A stretch of 63,376 nt of DNA, filler included, from Collodictyon triciliatum (Eukaryota), in the NCBI GenBank assembly GCA_043381765.1. It is 16 parts of 16 records of this genome, joined end to end, with 100 filler letters (N's around TTAATTAATTAA, not from the genome) between each part and the next. Parts side by side here need not be neighbours in the genome. Positions count along the whole stretch, not along the records: positions 24,532 to 28,519 come from JBHJMP010006632.1; positions 28,620 to 32,602 come from JBHJMP010006633.1; positions 32,703 to 36,685 come from JBHJMP010006634.1; positions 36,786 to 40,766 come from JBHJMP010006635.1; 12 more parts are not named here. One strand, 5' to 3'. The notes beneath the pieces were generated by a model. That model was not told the origin of the DNA, did not search any database, and saw only the letters and a list, made by a program, of their open reading frames with translations. Numbering within the stretch: position 1 is the stretch's first letter; each line of letters opens with the position of its first letter. Both the position numbers and the translations under genes were made by a program. Below are positions 24,665 through 37,760 of this stretch, piece after piece.

Positions 24665-27600
24665 GTAATAGTAATAGTAATAATAATAATAATAATAATG
24701 CGACAACATCAGATTTGTGTTTTTTTAAGGGTATAACATAATTTCTTTATTTTTATCGAAACGAAATTAACTTTGGTTTATTTTCTTTGAATGAATTAAA
24801 GGGAAAAAACTTTGGAATATTTCTTTACTTGATGCCTGCTATTAGACGTTTCAAAAAGCCCATAATCTAGCATTTGTGATAAAACTATTTTCCAAAGGGA
24901 AAAAGGGGCGGGCTCAACTTCACTTGATACGGCAGAGAAGGTTATAATATCTTTTTCCTTGACTTTCCTGCAGATTGAATCTACAAGGACATTTTTCCCT
25001 GTGCCTCGCTCTCCTGTAATGAAGATGCCCTGAAACAAATGTTTTGATTTTTTTATTAGGAAATGTGTAGATTAATAGAGTATATCAGAAAATAAATAAT
25101 TGAAAATGAAGACTATTTCAGATTATTAAATACCTTTTTTCGGGTTTCACTAATATTTATTGAAAAGCATTAATTAATCGTTTAGTGGAATCTATTAATG
25201 AAGCCCATTTTCCCTCTATTCGATTGATGGTTTTATTATTATCATAAAATAATTGTAACCTGCTTATATCTTTCAGAATAATTTTTGATAGCTCCAGTGT
25301 CTTTTCATACTCAGTAGTGTGATAGTGTTCAGATTTAGGCTCTAGTATCATATTCCCTTTCATAACTTGCCCGATGCCAGTTTCTGCAAACTCTTCTAAA
25401 TCTCTTTTCTTCATTTTCTGGGGTGCAAAAACAGGAATCGGGGATTCATATCCTATATTTTTACACACGCCATGATTTTAAGCATAAGTATTCTTAATCA
25501 TCGAATACATTTAATTGAATAAAAACCTTTAATTTTCTCAAAATTCGGCTGAGAAAACTCAAAGGCGTGAGAAGTGAGTTCAAAGATGACTTCTGAGCAT
25601 AATACGCCCTTTTTTAAGCACATCAGGTGAGCCGCAGTGTTAACTACATCTGTTTTTTGTTTTGTTAATACTGATCGATTATTATAATAATATATTTAAA
25701 TGTTGAAATAAAAAACAACATACTCCCGACAACTGCGAATTCCCTGTAGAAAGTATGGTTAGTTTCGTTTCTCAAGGTGAATGAAAGGATTTATTTTTAA
25801 TTACCTCCTTGTTTTGCTTCCGACATCTCCACAAAACACCCTCCCATATGTACAGCCAATAGATGAATCAATTCCTAGAAAATGTTTTACTTTATCATTA
25901 AAATTTGTACATAAAATAATATAAAAGTACCTGCACGAAAACGATTTTTTAAAGTATTATCTCTACCTTCAGATGCTAGCTCATCATATATTTTACATGA
26001 AGTGGATACAGCAGTACCAGCTTGTTCTGATAGAGTGTTGATTTTATATTGAACTCTTCGTTGAAAAATTAAATATTGCAAATTACCCCCTTGACCATAA
26101 CCAGGAGCTCCATACACGATTATAGCGACACATCCCTTGTCATCCTGATTTTGCATTAAAATTTTGACTGAACGACAAATATTACATCGTTTTTTCTTAT
26201 ATGCATACATAAGAGTTTGCGTACCATCAAAACCTGTCTGAGAAACCCTCCAGATGGTATGCAATACTTTTGAATAATGTTGATGGATTTTTGAAGGACT
26301 CCAAGGTCATCTTCCTTTTCAAAACTGAGTCCATTAAGTCCAAGCTATTGGGTTTATAAATAAGTAACCTGTATCGTGAGCCTTGATTTACTAATAAAAA
26401 TAAAATCTACGAAGATGACTGCGCAGTTTCTCAACTCTGGAGAACTTTTGCTTTGATTTTCTGAGACTCTCAGCCTCACGTTCTTTGGGAGGAATTCAGA
26501 TAATTTTTCCATGCAACCGACATCCAGCTCGACAGAGCGAATCCATTTCTGTTTCATATTTTTAAGTTTATCTGCAGAGTAATTTAAAAGAAAAAAGAAA
26601 GAAAAAGAAAAGCTTTTCAGTCAAGTGAATCATTCAGACCTTGGAAGACAGTAAGTAATCCCCTTCGCCTTCAGAATCAATAACCTGATAGCTTTGGCTT
26701 AAATGTGGATCCATATCTGCCTTGAGTGTACCTGTTTAAAACAAAGATAAGTTAACAGGCGAATAATATTCGAAGTCTGTCTTCTCCTACTCACGTTTGC
26801 TCTTTATCATGTGTACCTTTCATGATTTTATTAAAAGGATAGAGTATAACAGTGCGGCTTGATTTATGAAGATATGATACTAAAACTTACTAGAGATAGT
26901 TCCTTGTCTTTTTAAATTTGACTTCATCTTCCGAATCTCAGCATATAAAAATCCCTCGCTGACCCCCTTCAATAGATTGTATATTACCTTTTTTCGATGC
27001 AGATTTATCCATAATTTGATAATTACCTTTCTAATTTCATGAGTCAGTTTCCAGGAAACGTTTGATTCAATTATCTCTGAGATGACTCTGTCTACAACAA
27101 TCTTGCCAGGCGAAGATAATTTCATGCATTTTGATAAAGAATTGAAAATCCTTTTCCCTGTTACCAGTTACTCAAAATAGCCTTCACAACCTGTAAAAGA
27201 GATAGAATAATCGCCACATCAGCATCATTTACATATTTATGTTAATTAATATGAGATAGATGTATGTGTCAGATTTTCAGGGATATTACCTCCACATATG
27301 ATGTCAAACATTTGTCCAGAACAAATTGCGCAGTGAAGCGAAAGTTTAATAGGTTTTCTTGTCGCTGAGCTTTGACTCAAAGAGAGCTTTCTCTCACATA
27401 AGTCAAATTCTTTCGAAATATCGACACATTGAATGGCACAAAGAATAGCCTGGTTAGCTGCATGTGACATAGAGGGATGCGAATACATTAATTTGGGGTT
27501 CATTTTCGAAGGAATAGGTGCAGTAATTTTTGGTGTGCCGACCGAACCATCAGATGATTTGTGAGTGCGAAAAACAACGAGCAATGCGTCTCCAGCAATC

Positions 27601-28232
27601 TTGATAACTATGGAATTTTTTTATTATCAAAAGAAAAAAGTCAAAGAGAAGAAAATTCCAATTTTTTTAATCACGTAGGTAAAAAATCATTTATTATATC
27701 ATGTCATGTTTATGGATACTAACTATCTCCTTGATGTCCCTCTACAACCATTGTAATTCGTGAAAAGAAAGAGTTCAGGCATCTGTTTTTTTTTTTTTAC
27801 CATTATTATTTCACACAATAAATATTTACTGATTGAACTAAACAAACGATATCTCTACATGAATCATAAATAAAATACTTTGAAATTTGCTCCAAGCCCC
27901 ATCCTCCCTGGTTACTCAGTAGTTCGCTTAGCTTTGTAAACCCACTCACGTCTATTAAAAGTATCGCTAAAGAAAATATTTCTTGTCAATACGTGATGAA
28001 TATAGTGAAATTGGATTCTTTTGTCTATTTGGCGCTATTAAATAAAAAAAGTTTTTTTTATACTTCGTAAAATATTTGCATTATGAGATGTTCAAATGAA
28101 CGTTAGCTTTTAGAAACCTCCAGAGAATGCATGACAAGAAGGAGCAAGTTCTTCGTTCCAATCTTTTGACGATGCGATCAGATGGCGTGGGAGGAAGCTC
28201 GCGACGGTCATTACCATTTTTTCATCGCCCAT
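24532..28232 (-). CDS. ADCY10-type soluble adenylyl cyclase (two class III cyclase domains plus P-loop NTPase), partial, possibly pseudogenised
   Basis: Exons give VASFLPRHL, AILLIDVSGFTKLSE, GDIIKIAGDALLVVF, PELRNCAVIF|LGL, RQVLM|DDKG, GRVFCGDVGSKTRR|EFAVVGNVVNTAAHLM and GIFITGERGTGK. In-frame TAA at 27168-27170. Confidence 0.85.
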
Positions 28233-28620
28233 TTTTTATATACTAGGGTGTCAGAAACTAAGAAAGAAAAAAAGTTAGCAAATGAAATCTTTTCAGGAAG
28301 TATTTCATATTTAGTGACTAATTTGACGAGCACTAATATGTGATCGGAATATTAAAGGAAGATATCTCGAATAATATCTTTTTTTTAAAAAAAAAATTGT
28401 GACTTTAAGGCCCTTGTACCACGCACTACATAAGTTTCAAGAGGCCTGATATTTGAATACGATTATTCGCCCGAAATACCCTTGTAATATATTGCATCTT
28501 TATTTCACCCAAATAGTCANNNNNNNNNNNNNNNNNNNNNNNNNNNNNNNNNNNNNNNNNNNNTTAATTAATTAANNNNNNNNNNNNNNNNNNNNNNNNN
28601 NNNNNNNNNNNNNNNNNNNG

Positions 28621-29910
28621 ATATACGAGCGCGAAAGAGTCGTGACCTAGCTTTTCAAGAGCGCCATGTTTGCTCGCACAGCTTTGCAGATAGACATAGA
28701 AGAAGTCGGCAATGTGGACGTGGAGCAGATGCAAGCAATAATCAAGATTGGCGGCAACGTTGTGATAGGAGAAGGCGGGGCGCATGTGCTGGAGGAAATC
28801 CACGCAAAGTGTGAGTAGGCCTTGGAAGAGCTGCGAAGAGAAAACGGCGAGTGGCAGAGACGCATGGACGAGACAGACAAGCACATGAAAGAGCCGGAGA
28901 GTGAGGTACAGGAGCATCGCATAATGAAGGAACATATTGCAAAGATGGAGCAAGAGAAGATGAAAGAGGGGGAGGAAATGAAGAAGAAAATGAACATAGA
29001 CTTGTATCAGAAGGCGTGGAAATACAACATCAAAAACTATGTGTTTCAGAAGAAGGTCGGCTCAAAAGGAAGTGGAGTCCAACAGTTTTCTAATCCATGG
29101 GGAATCGCAGCTCATCCAAAGACTATGAACATATTCGTTGTTGTTCGTAGTGACCATCACGTTCAAGTTCTAAATGAGGATTTGAGCTTTTCCTGCACGG
29201 TTGGCACGAATGGCTCAGGCCAATTCAGCAATCCAATCGGAATCGCCATTTCGCATGATGGATGCATCGCTGTTTGTGACAGCTCAAATCATCGTGTACA
29301 AATCTTTGATGATAACTTCAAGATGATTAAGACAATCCAATCGGGTCGCAAAAGAAGCGCACAAAGCACAGTATCCAGTGACTTTGGCGGATTCTCCAAT
29401 CCGTTTAATGCATGCTTTGACAGTGAAGGCAATCTTTATGTCACAAACCATAGCAAGAATCAAGTGGACAAGTTCAACCGTGTGTTTTAGTACGAACGCT
29501 CGTTTGCGAGAGCATCCTCTGGCGATTAAGGTATCGCATCCTCGGAGGGCATTTGCGTGATTGCAAAGAGCGAAGTCTGTGTGATTGGACGCGGCGGAGA
29601 CAAAATCAATATTTATGATGTGATGGGGAGATTTCTGCGCGCTGTCAGAATCAATAATGTGCCGGGTCGTGTTTCGATTGCAGAAGGTCCTAACAACACA
29701 ATTGTGGTGAGTGAATGGAATAATCATCACATCCGCGTTTATTGACATGACAAGAGACGATGTCGTTGTTCACACTTTCGGCACATCGCCGCAGTCTTCA
29801 TCAATTCATGGACACTTTTATTGTCAGATGGGAATCTGCTTTGGACTGAATTGGAAACTATGTTTGCGAGCATTTCAATCACCGCATCCAAATGTTTGGC
29901 AAAAGTGAGT
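28621..29910 (+). pseudogene. Coiled-coil plus NHL-repeat gene, decayed
   Basis: NHL repeats (QFSNPWGIA, GQFSNPIGIAISHDGCIAVCDSSNHRVQIF, FSNPFNACFDSEGNLYV, NHHIRVY, CEHFNHRIQMF) are interrupted by TAG 28648, 28816, 29488, TAA 29527 and frameshifts near 29742 and 29850. Confidence 0.8.
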
Positions 29911-32869
29911 GAGAATATAATTGGAGAGAATGACAAAGAAAAATCCTCAAAGGAGGATGAAAAGGCAGAGTGAGAAAAGTCTGATTGAATAAAAAAAAAC
30001 CCACATTATGTCGCAGCTATTTGTGTTTATTTATGAAAATGCCGAATAGTAAAAATGTATGTGAATATTATATTTAGTTTTATTTGATTATTTGATAATA
30101 TCATAATATCATTTTGCAATAAATCCCAGGATGATTACGCGCAATAACTCGGCATCATTCACCTTCCTTTTTTTTATTCTAAAAATCTTAGCTGTTGAGC
30201 CCGTATCAACAATCTTTCATTCAAACATGATTTACTGCGATAAAAGTAATGCGGCCCACAAAACACCTCTTGAAAAACGATGACTGTGTTGTACACCTTC
30301 GAGAAAAGTCATAACTAGTTTTCTGCTCTACTAATCTCTTGGGAAGAAAAAAAAGGCAGCCCACCGCGGAGTGTGATGGAAGTTCGAAGCCACTGTCGAA
30401 AGGATGTGACTTTTTTATCGGTGAATCCTGATTGCAACCTCGAACTCTTATATCAACAAAAGAAAAAGGGGAAGAAATGAAGCTGTTTTTATAAAGGCTG
30501 CGTCCTCCTATCTCGCCTATAGTTATATTCATTTGTTAGACATGGCATCCGAAAGCTGCATATTTATTGAACGGCCTAGTTTGGACAGAGCTTCAAGATG
30601 TATTGCATCCCTGTAAAAGGCGTATTCTTTACAATTAAATGCAAGCGAATGAAACCTTCTGCAGAATCATGAGTAACAAAGTCCTTTTTTTTTTCTTTTT
30701 TTCTTTTTTTTGGAGGAGGAAGAAAATGACTCTTTTCTGTTTGGGATTGGCAAAATAACTTTATTGCAGATATCCCAAAGATGCTGACATCTAGACTTTT
30801 CCTTCCAACACAAAACGAGTTCCATCGAACAAGAAACTTATTCGCACCAATAGAGAGAAAGAAAGAAGAAAAAGGGGAAAAAAGAGACCATTCATGTAAA
30901 AGAATATAAATAATCGCATTTGTAGGATTCTTGCATGACATTCAGTTCCAACAAACCAACCACCGACTTTCAAACCAATAAAGTGTTGCGGATGACATGG
31001 GCGAATAATCGGGTATTGCCATCAAACAGGTAGCTTCGCTGACAACAGCCAGTAAAAAGAGACAGAATCGGTACCGAACCTCTTTTTTTCGAATAAATCG
31101 GGATAGCCTTGCAATCACTCAAGATGTTGAAGCCTTCTTTTCACACCAACCGGATTTCATCAGCTTGATTATGTGATGTTGCGATGAATGATACTTTGTA
31201 AGTCTCGCACTTTATTTAAAACAATATCTGACAATAGTAACATAACATGCAGCAATCCAACCTCGTGGGCTCATTCAGATATGGTCGCTTCACCAACTTA
31301 TTTCTGGTGGCGTCGTTTGCCTACGAGTCAGACTTAAACTCAACCCATCTGCTGCTTATCCAACGCACTTCAATCGGTCTATCTTCTGGCTCAATACATT
31401 GATGTTTTGCCAAGCCAAGAAGGTAGCAAAAGAGAGGAAACTAACTGTAGGGGAAGGCTTTGTGTGAGTGCTTGATTTATCCACTTGTTGCTGACTGAAA
31501 AATAAATTTTATTTCATGAGATAATGGCAAGATATCTGAAAAATTAATGTCAGATTATAATTTTGAACGACGGTCGAAGACAGGTACTTTTCCCAAAAAA
31601 AAATAACTTTTCAGTAAGATATAGACACCCTATTAAAATAACAATAACCGAAAGTACATATATCAACCCGAGCATCATCATCTATTAGAACAGTTTGTCC
31701 GCCGTTGGGTACCTTATCGTACATTGACAGAGTTCCCAATCAAAAAGAAGACCTAATCCAGGGAGTTCGATTCTTTAAATTGTATTGCTAATCATATTTC
31801 TTTGCTTTGAAATTCGTGCGTTTCAGCAAATACAACTCAAAGGAATTTGATAGAATTGTGAAATAAATATCTATGAGTATTACAAATTATTATAAAAAAG
31901 TATGATGATAGAGAACGTGTCCATTTTGAATAACACGAACTCTTGGGCGTACTGCAACAGAAGTCGAGGTAGGACGTTCTCTATTGTATGGACTATGTAG
32001 AGCAATATGTAAGAACTCATGACGTGGTCTACAGGATTACGTTGACATACTTGATGTTTATAATTACTAGTATTATATTTATAGTTGAAAGATGTGCTTC
32101 TGGAAACAAAACTAAGTATAATAAAGAGGCTTTCGCTTCATGCTTACTCTTTTTTGTAGGAGATGATGGGGATTTTGATAGAATAATTCTAAATGATTAA
32201 TGAATGTGAAAATAGCTTATAAATCGCACTATTTTTTCTTAATTATAATACTTCGAGGTCTATAAAAAATCATATTAAAACAAACCCTTTAACTTTTAAT
32301 ACACTTTTATCGACGCTTTTTGGCCAACCGCTATTTCGAGAATATTTAATGAGGATTTGTTTTGATCGTGTTATTGTCACATCCTTTCAATACTAATAAG
32401 ACAGGACAGAAAAGGAAAGCAAATTATGGAAAACTCAGAATCAAAAACTAATTAAAAATTATGCGTTAATTTCTGTTGTTTTGTTTTTGTTTTCTGTTTT
32501 TTTGTTTTTTGTTTTTTTGTTTTTTTTGTTTTATGTTTTATGTTTTATGTTTTATGTTTTATGTTTTATGTTTTATGTTTTATGTTTTATGTTTTATGTT
32601 TTNNNNNNNNNNNNNNNNNNNNNNNNNNNNNNNNNNNNNNNNNNNNTTAATTAATTAANNNNNNNNNNNNNNNNNNNNNNNNNNNNNNNNNNNNNNNNNN
32701 NNTTTTTCCCAAAATTAAATCGGGAATTTTTCCCACCCCTTCCCCCCCCCTGCACCCCCCCCCCCTCCCCCCCCCCCCCCCCCTCCTTTACGGTAAATAC
32801 ATACACTATAATCCTTGTGTTATTTCAAAACCACTAATCTAAACTATTTCCTTCGTTTTTACTTTCTAG

Positions 32870-33846
32870 CGTTCATGCATGCGACGTTTTGATGAATATC
32901 TACTTTTTGCTGTCCTCTTGCCCGTTCTCATCATATCCTAAACAACCTGAATTGTCACCTTTGTATGGATTTGACCTTTCCATTTATAATATACCCATGC
33001 AAACAGAGAACCAATTTTTTTTCTTAACTCCCTCACCCACATGACCGATTTGGAGCTTTTCACTGCGATAATGGCTGCAACAGTACATGATTTTGATCAT
33101 CCGGTGAGGCCTTTGTGCTTGCATTCAAATCTATTATTTTTCACACAACACAATGGCAACTTTGATATGAACGCCTTGCACCTTTTTTTTTATGTCAGGG
33201 AGTGAACAATGCATTTCAAATCAATACGGAATCTCCCAAAGCGCTCATCTACAATGACCGCTCGGTAAGTGCATTATTGTCTTAGTTCCCTTTCTTTTTT
33301 TCAATCTATCTACAAGACATAAACGAGAATGAACACTACTTTCCTTCAGGTTTTGGAGAATCACCACGCCGCCGCTAGCTTTATGCTCATGCGAAAGGAT
33401 GAATTCAATATCCTCACAAATATGGACCCACAGCAGTATGCTTGTTTACATATTACTTTTATAGCTATGTAATTTGTTAGGTTTTTCATGCCTTTATCAT
33501 CTTATCCTTATTTCACCGCATAATCTCATCATATCTGTGCTCAATCTTTATTTTCATTTTTCTTTTGCTCCTTTGTTGATTCATGTCAATTATTTTTTTC
33601 TTATTCTTTGTCTCTCGCTCCATTCAGGCGGAGGGAATTCCGAGACCTTGCGATTGAGATGATTCTAGCGACTGACATGGCGATGCACTTTGAAACCCTT
33701 GGGCAATTTAGAAGCAAACTTAGCTCGGGAGGTAATGTTGCCTTTACATTTAGACAAGATATTAATTATTTGGAGCACAGTTTGCAATATCATCAAATTC
33801 GATTGCATGGAGTGCTCATTTTTTCCCCTTAATTGTTTTGCTTTTA

Positions 33847-33930
<84 letters not shown>

Positions 33931-34789
33931 ATTCTTGGACTGGTTTAGCTTTGACATGAAGCTTACGCAATTTACCTCAATCCATAGGATTCGACTTTGA
34001 GAAGAAAGCTGATAGAATATTACTTCTTCGAACAGCCATAAAATGCGCTGACATTGCACATACGTCAAAAGTACCATTTCTACATTTCGAATGGACTGAC
34101 CGTATTCAGACGGAATTCTATAGAGTAAGTACTCAGTTAGCTCATTGGGATTGGTGGCTTTGAGCTATTCTGTCAAATAAGGGTGAATTAAGTTGCTAAA
34201 GCTTTTCAGCCAGACTTGTCTATTGTCTTTATTTTTCATCTCCATTTCACTTCAGAATTGGTGCATAATCGTGCGCTAACAGTACATCTTTCATCACAGC
34301 AAGGGGATGAAGAAAAGCGCCTGGGAATCCCTATATCTCCTTTCATGGACAGAGAGAAAGCATCCATAGCAAAATCACAGGTTTGTCATCTCGTGGCCTT
34401 TCTTTGTGGTTCATCGTTATCTTTCTTTTCTATCTGGTGTCATTGCCTGACATATCCAAAACAAATATTTTACGTCGTGGACCAGATTGGATTCCTGGAT
34501 TTTGTGGTTGGGCCTTTATTTGAAAGTACGAGCTCTCTTATTTACTGAAACAAGACATTCCCAGCTTCTTTTTTCTGTCGTGTTAAATCATCTGAATATC
34601 CAAGTTGTATGAGATTGTCTGCGAAGAAAAAATTTCTTTCGTTTTTAAAAATATAATGTATTATCTAATCTAATCGAGAAAATTGTAGCGTGGGGTTCAT
34701 ACTGCCGCGAGCATGAGTTCATGAGAGAGACGTTATACAGCAACCACGCGGAGTGGAAACGCAGGGCGCAGGCACAGGGGACGGCTTGA
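32870..34789 (+). CDS. Class I 3',5'-cyclic nucleotide phosphodiesterase catalytic domain, 3' part, nine exons
   Basis: HACDV, HDFDHP|GVNNAFQI, YNDRS|VLENHH, ILATDMAMH, IKCADIAH, EFYR|QGDEEKRLGIPISPFMDR, SQ|IGFLDFVVGPLF; stop TGA at 34787-34789. Confidence 0.93.
32933..33036 (+). other. U12-type (minor spliceosome) AT-AC intron, 104 nt
   Basis: 5' site ATATCCT, branch site TTTCTTAAC at 33020-33028, 3' AC. Removal restores the frame and gives HACDV-17 aa-TDLE. Confidence 0.88.
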
Positions 34790-37317
34790 ACAGATGTGCC
34801 AGACCAAAGAGAAACCATCGTCCCGGCATTATCATAGCATTTAGCGCGAGATGAAGTGTGTAATAAAAATATTTTACCCATCAAATGTCTCCCAAATACC
34901 TGCAACTTCAGTACCACACTGTGGACTTGCACAAGCATCTTTTAATTTACTTTTGCTTTGATTTCTGTGTGTAATACTTTTTACGACCGAAAAAAAGAAT
35001 TATAGAACCAGATTTTTATGGATGGGAAACTGAAAATTGTACCAATCTTATGTGAACAAATATTTTGTGAAATCCGGCTCAATGGAACGAAGGCACGCGA
35101 TATTTATGATTTATCGATTCTGGTACAAAATCAACTGGTCATTGATATTCGAGAAAAAACTCAATAAAAGGACAGAAGCGGGATGGAGCCGTGGAAATGG
35201 ATTGCACTTTGGAGAGGCTCTGTGAAGAGGATAATAAATAGGGAATATATTCGTATGCATATAGTCTCCACCTGGTTCATTTCGGCACCATGAAAGACTC
35301 TTGAATCATTTTCCTTTGCCTGAAGCGTGTGTTTTGTGCAGAAAATATAAAAGAATCCAGCACGAGATACAAAGCAGCGTGCGCCCTCGACATAGTCCGA
35401 TATGGACAACGATGACAATCGGATGACTGCATCCGCATTCGGGTGCTCCAAAAAGGTGCTAGATGCAAATCAGAAAATGGTATGTCTGAACCGATGCGCG
35501 TCACACAAAGCCCGACAGCGAAGGCCATAGTCTGCGGCGCTTTTGCTCTGTGCGTGTTGCTTTGGGCGCTGCGGGGATGTTCTTCAAACAGGTTCGGCAA
35601 CTGAATCTGGGCGCTTGGTTATCGTATTATATTAATGCTTTTTCTCTCTTTTCAAAAGTCAAAAATATTACTCTTGTGGATGTAAATGCCAGGCACCCAG
35701 CAATTGTTTTCCAGAGCAACAGAAGATTATTATTATTATTATTCGAATACAGCCGATGTTCCTCCTTTTTATACTAGTACCCCTTGTTTAAGCGAAGGAG
35801 CAAGAGCAAACACCACAAGTCGAATCCAAGCTTTGAATTTCACTCATCAAAGACAGTCCGACCAAGCAGGAGCGCATGTTTCTATAAAACCACAAACGTA
35901 AAGCCATACTCCGGTTAAGCAAAGTCCACTGCCGACTACGCATGGCTCCGATACCAGGGGACGGTCAAGCGCCACTTCCGATAATACCAGACAAACAACG
36001 ATGTACTGCTTTTTGTCTGAGTCGCCCAGCAAGAAACGCAACGAAATTGACCTGTTGTCCCCTCAAAAGACTCATCCAGTGAAATGAAATAGGATGTAAA
36101 TCTTGTCTGAGATAGATGGTTGAAAGGACTCGTCGGAATCGATTTGAGAAAAGATTGCCATGTGCGTACTTTCATCGACCCGACAACTATATCCGCTCTT
36201 CTATCAGTCTCGAATACATCCAGAAATCGCGTTGGAGCTGATTCACCTTGGGTAGAATAGTCTGCGCGTGAGAACACTTTCCCTCGTTTCTTTTTTTTTC
36301 TTTCCTTCCACTCAAAACACAAAACACCAACCACACAACTCGGGGTTTCCACTGTCTTGTCCACAGCTCATTTTTGTCTTGGAGTGAAGGCGTTTTCCTC
36401 GGCTTTGTTTTCTCTCAATAAACTGTTGAAAAGAAACCAAAAACAGCTGCGTGCAAGTGCAATAGCATCTCACAAAAGAAAGTCCAAAAACTATATTCGT
36501 GCCTATAACCTTTGATTCGAATAAAGGGAAAATTTTTTTCGTGTGTATAAAAAAAGGCATATGAAGTGGTAAGCGCATGTTTTTAATCGTTTATGTTTTA
36601 TTGTCTGTCGGCTTCTCTGCAACAGAAAGAGAGAGGTGAGAGAAAATACCGATAGCAGAAGATTCAGAGGTTGCCTATTTGTGCTNNNNNNNNNNNNNNN
36701 NNNNNNNNNNNNNNNNNNNNNNNNNNNNNTTAATTAATTAANNNNNNNNNNNNNNNNNNNNNNNNNNNNNNNNNNNNNNNNNNNNTTCTTTTTCTTTTCT
36801 TTTTCTTTTTCTTTTTCTTTTTCTTTTTCTTTTTCTTTTTCTTTTTCTTTTTCTTTTCTTTTCTTTTTCTTTTTTTTTTCTTTTCTTTTCTTTTCTTTTC
36901 TCTTTCTTTTCTTTTCTTTTCTTTATCTTTTCTTTTCTCTTCTCTGAAGGCTGCCGCGATCAAACATACAGGAGCAGAGCGCGCGTTGGGCCGAATGTCT
37001 TTTCCTTTCGAGGCGGGGTTGAAGGGCGGTTGCGGAGCACAAACCCCAAAAAAACTAGTTCTTCCGCGTATTCATTCCATATTTGGCATGATAGGAGCAG
37101 TATGGCCGAAGAAGTAAAGGTGGGTTATTGATATCAATTGATGTGAATTTTTATCCATAATGGGGTAATTTTCACGAGTGAGTTTTGGGCCAAGACTTTA
37201 GGCACTTTAAAAAAGAAAAAGGGGCTTTGCGTTTCTGCTATGTAATAAAGTCCGTTGCAAAAATGCCGTTGTTGCCGGTTTGGAGGTGCCGCACGCAAGA
37301 TTCGTTAGGGCAAAAAG

Positions 37318-37388
37318 TGCGCTCGCCGGGAATCGAACCCGGGTCGACCGCGTGGCAGGCGATCATCATACCACTAGACCACGAGCGC
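37318..37388 (-). tRNA. tRNA-Gly(GCC)
   Basis: GCGCTCG/CGAGCGC acceptor stem, TGGTCTAGTGG A box, anticodon loop CTGCCAC, GGTTCGATTCC B box; a T5 Pol III terminator follows at 37312-37316. Confidence 0.95.
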
Positions 37389-37760
37389 TTCTTGCTGCCT
37401 CATCTTTAACATATATATTAATACTGATTTTGAAATATTTTGTTTTGCGATCTTGCGATCTTGCGATCTTGCGATCTTGCGAACTTGCTTTTTTGGCTTT
37501 TGTCTTTTTTCTTTCCTTTCTATTGCTGTGTTTTTCCACGATAACTATACTCTAATCAAACAATTTATTTTTGTTGTGAAGCGGTTGTCTTCGATAGCCT
37601 CAGCCCAGGATTTGCTGGAAACTCCTTTCCGTGCAGACAGAAATCATACATCCCTTTTTCATTTTTTTTTTTTTGACCCGCCTGTGGGGCGTATATCGAC
37701 ACCTTCCGGCCTGGCATTAGAAGGTTACCTCCCTTTTAACTCCTGAAATTACCAAGCAGC

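Noticed and set aside
21640-28232. One long adenylyl cyclase gene spanning the linker at 24476
   Set aside because: Contigs appear ordered by length, so adjacency is not evidence, and the identity of the downstream fragment is uncertain.
37445-37481. (TTGCGATC)n repeat upstream of tRNA-Gly as a regulatory or CRISPR-like array
   Set aside because: Simple tandem 8-mer without spacers.
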